IMG/VR virus record: IMGVR_UViG_2562617151_000006
Origin: a virus
Taxonomy: Duplodnaviria; Heunggongvirae; Uroviricota; Caudoviricetes
Length of the DNA: 9,989 nucleotides
Direction: 5' to 3' (one strand)
The translations under genes and the position numbers were made by a program. This document shows, in pieces, positions 6,846-9,989 of the stretch (positions are counted from its first letter, which is position 1; each line of letters begins with the position of its first letter). The notes under the pieces were generated by a model. It was not told the origin of the DNA, did not search any database, and was given only the letters and a program-made list of their open reading frames with translations.

Positions 6846-6868
6846 AGCAAAAAAGCTCCCGAAGGAGC
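6846..6868 (-). terminator. Rho-independent terminator downstream of cspI (minus strand)
   Basis: Stem GCTCC (6855-6859), loop CGAA (6860-6863), stem GGAGC (6864-6868). On the minus strand it is followed by a TTTTTTGC run (complement of 6846-6854). Confidence 0.6.
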
Positions 6869-7075
6869 CTTCATTTTCACTTTTTTAAATCCAACGACAG
6901 ACGGCTGGCATTTAAGTATTGTGAAATATTATCAAATGTAATCATCATTGATTTACAAAAGATACATTTTGCCCCGAAAGGATTCATGTCAGAAACATCA
7001 AAAGATGATGTTCTATACTGGGAACCATGACAACACGGGCATCTAAAGTGAATATGGTTTGTAATATTGTCTACC

Positions 7076-7288
7076 TCAAAGCGCCACTACATGAACAGCG
7101 GCAGGACCTTTAGGTCCGTTCTCAATACCAAATTCAACTTCCTGATTCTCAGTTAATGTTTTGAAATCGTTGCTCTGAATTGCTGAGAAATGGACAAACA
7201 CATCTTTGCTGCCATCTTTCGGCGTGATGAAACCAAAACCTTTTTCAGGGTTAAACCATTTCACTAAACCAGTCATTTTGTTAGACAT
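7076..7288 (-). CDS. cspI: Cold shock protein, CspA family (70 aa)
   Basis: [38 protein letters not shown]... carries the RNP1 (KGFGFI) and RNP2 (VFVHF) motifs of the cold-shock domain. AAGG Shine-Dalgarno upstream. Recalled as CspI of Qin. Confidence 0.9.
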   Translation of the reverse strand: MSNKMTGLVKWFNPEKGFGFITPKDGSKDVFVHFSAIQSNDFKTLTENQEVEFGIENGPKGPAAVHVVAL

Positions 7289-7430
7289 AATTATTACCTT
7301 TTGAAGAAATTAGCCCTTGGGCAGAATGGTCCGAAAAAAAATATCAGAGAGAAAAACCAACAAGGAAATCTCAAGAGGTACAAATAATAAAATTATAACA
7401 ATGACTGCTTCAGATAAATTTGTAACAAAC
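7289..7430 (-). promoter_or_regulatory. Putative cspI promoter and long 5' UTR
   Basis: A perfect TATAAT on the minus strand (complement of 7392-7397) lies about 105 nt upstream of the cspI ATG, in an AT-rich region. CspA-family genes are known to have long structured 5' UTRs. Exact transcription start and any cold-box are not determined. Confidence 0.4.
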
Positions 7431-7650
7431 CAGAACACCATTAACGCATGATTAACCACCCATAGCAAGGATTACTTTTGTAAAGAAAAACACAGCAATG
7501 AAAGAATAGCTTTATTTATTAATAAAACGTGTCATTCTGATTAAGACCTTTTATCTTACCCTTAAGATTTCAGGAATTTTGGCTCATGGAAGAGTCCTTT
7601 TTATTTAAATTTTACATTCCGCGATGTAAATGTTCCGATTTAATATTACC

Positions 7651-8674
<1,024 letters not shown>

Positions 8675-8678
<4 letters not shown>

Positions 8679-8986
8679 AGATATTTATGATGAGGACGCT
8701 CGTGCTTATTGGCAGGATTTTCAATCTTAAAGGAGTACTGATGCTGCAGATAAGACTCAACTTTTTCTGACAATTTTTCTGCTACTTCCAGGAAGACTTG
8801 CCGGACGCTCCTTCTGGCTGCTGCCTCATAAAACTCCAGCGCAGCTCCTTCAACACGGTCCATGGCGACATCCAGGTCAAAAATTTCACCGTCAAAGCGT
8901 TCTTTGTCCTGTAAGGCTACAGTTACCGTAACTTTATTCTCAAAATTACGGACTCCTTTCACAACCAGTTCATAGTCTTGAGTCAT
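8675..8986 (-). CDS. ydfR: DUF1327 family protein of unknown function, located between holin and endolysin genes (103 aa)
   Basis: 103-aa ORF with no transmembrane segment, acidic and helical. Recalled as YdfR. Tightly packed: 4 bp after essQ, and its stop overlaps the rrrQ start. Confidence 0.8.
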
Positions 8987-8990
8987 TGGA

Positions 8991-9206
8991 TTACTCTCCT
9001 CTCGCAGCCTTACGCCTGTCTTCTTTAATCTTGAAATAAAGATTTGTCAGATACGTCAGCAGGCCAAAAACCAGGCTACCCAGCACACCGATTGCAGCCC
9101 ACTGTGACGGAGTTACTTTATCGAGTAACTGCAATGCCCAGAAACCAGCATTACCCGCCGATGTGCCATAGGCAACACCTGTTGTTAACTTATCCATTGA
9201 TTTCAT
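8991..9206 (-). CDS. essQ: Class II holin, phage 21 S21-like pinholin with dual-start motif (71 aa)
   Basis: [28 protein letters not shown]...[18 protein letters not shown] has two transmembrane domains, an MKSM dual start (Met1/Met4) and a charged C-terminus, matching the recalled S21 pinholin. The track's extension to 9281 adds an unlikely 25-aa N-terminal arm. Confidence 0.85.
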   Translation of the reverse strand: MKSMDKLTTGVAYGTSAGNAGFWALQLLDKVTPSQWAAIGVLGSLVFGLLTYLTNLYFKIKEDRRKAARGE

Positions 9207-9425
9207 ATCCTCACCCCGATGTACACGGATGGTGCAATATGTTTGAAAAGATCGGAGTCTACGGGGTAGTTTTGACAGCACACGTTGTTCTCAACGGCGC
9301 TAAAAAAACATACACATTAAAAATGTGGGTAATTATTTTGAAAGAAAGTCATATATAAAATAATAATACGAGAAATGTTTTCATATTTAGTGTACTGTAT
9401 ACGGCCATTTATACAGGAAAAGCCT

Positions 9426-9596
9426 ATGTCAGAACGTAAAAACTCAAAATCACGCCGTAATTATCTCGTTAAATGTTCCTGCCCAAACTGCACCCAAGAG
9501 TCAGAACACAGTTTTTCAAGAGTACAAAAAGGTGCCCTTTTGATCTGCCCTCATTGCAACAAAGTATTCCAGACAAATCTTAAAGCTGTAGCCTGA
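9426..9596 (+). CDS. ynfU: Small zinc-ribbon protein (CxxC-x18-CxxC), 56 aa; possibly YnfU
   Basis: ATG 9426 with AGGAAA Shine-Dalgarno 6-7 nt upstream. MSERKNSKSRRNYLVKCSCPNCTQ...ICPHCNKVF has four Cys in two CxxC knuckles. Gene name is from uncertain recall. Confidence 0.5.
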   Translation: MSERKNSKSRRNYLVKCSCPNCTQESEHSFSRVQKGALLICPHCNKVFQTNLKAVA

Positions 9597-9655
9597 TTGA
9601 TTTTATTAGTAACAAGTATTTTTTATATTTTAATAATATATTTAAAGCAGATAAT

Positions 9656-9679
9656 AAAAAACCCGCCTGAGCGGGTTTG
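9656..9679. terminator. Bidirectional-looking intrinsic terminator hairpin
   Basis: AAAAACCCGC-CTGA-GCGGGTTT: a 6-8 bp GC-rich stem with 4-nt loop, flanked by an A-tract upstream and T-tract downstream. The T-run is stronger on the minus strand (TTTTTATTAT). Confidence 0.6.
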
Positions 9680-9744
9680 AGATTGTGGTGCTTTTTGTGG
9701 GAGTCATCCACTTACGCACTTTGTTTTGCCATGCCAGCAGTTAG

Positions 9745-9989
<245 letters not shown>

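Noticed and set aside
6730-6846. N-terminal extension of ynfN to the 90-codon form
   Set aside because: The far-upstream start overlaps the cspI terminator T-tract and lacks a Shine-Dalgarno, whereas the internal ATG at 6727-6729 has GGAG upstream. The extension cannot be excluded without data.
6622-7030. Plus-strand ORFs 6622-6888 and 6821-7030
   Set aside because: Antisense to ynfN or spanning the cspI terminator; no support.
9207-9281. Longer 96-codon version of essQ
   Set aside because: The MKSM dual-start motif with a short cytoplasmic N-terminus is the hallmark of S21-type holins. The 25-residue extension has no counterpart and would start inside the divergent promoter region.
9044-9358. 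104-codon plus-strand ORF overlapping essQ
   Set aside because: Antisense to the holin gene and extending into promoter DNA; no ribosome-binding site.

Overview
The window spans the junction between a host MFS transporter gene (ydfJ-like, minus strand, 1-1284, apparently 5'-truncated) and about 8.5 kb of a Qin-type cryptic lambdoid prophage of the kind found in E. coli K-12-like genomes, ending in the first 245 bp of an IS5 element. Left to right the prophage part carries: cold-shock-type small protein ydfK, an orphan serine DNA invertase (pinQ), tail fibre assembly gene tfaQ, remnants of a side tail fibre gene and of a J-type tail tip gene, a Nu1-type small terminase gene (nohA/nohQ) next to an apparently intact lambda-type cos site, an RHH protein plus DUF1398 protein pair (ynfO-ydfO), gnsB, ynfN, cold-shock protein cspI, a complete lysis cassette (pinholin essQ, ydfR, SAR-type endolysin rrrQ, Rz/Rz1 spanins with Rz1 nested out of frame), a small zinc-ribbon ORF, and IS5. 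No tRNA, rRNA or CRISPR array was seen. All homology statements come from recall of protein and nucleotide families, not from database searches, and the strain is not identified (the stf remnant looks shorter than I remember for K-12 MG1655, and MG1655 has no IS5 here as far as I recall). I do not see a clear-cut undescribed system. The best candidates for unexplored biology are the ynfO-ydfO pair, the orphan cos/Nu1 module, the orphan invertase, and several unannotated small ORFs and terminator-like hairpins.
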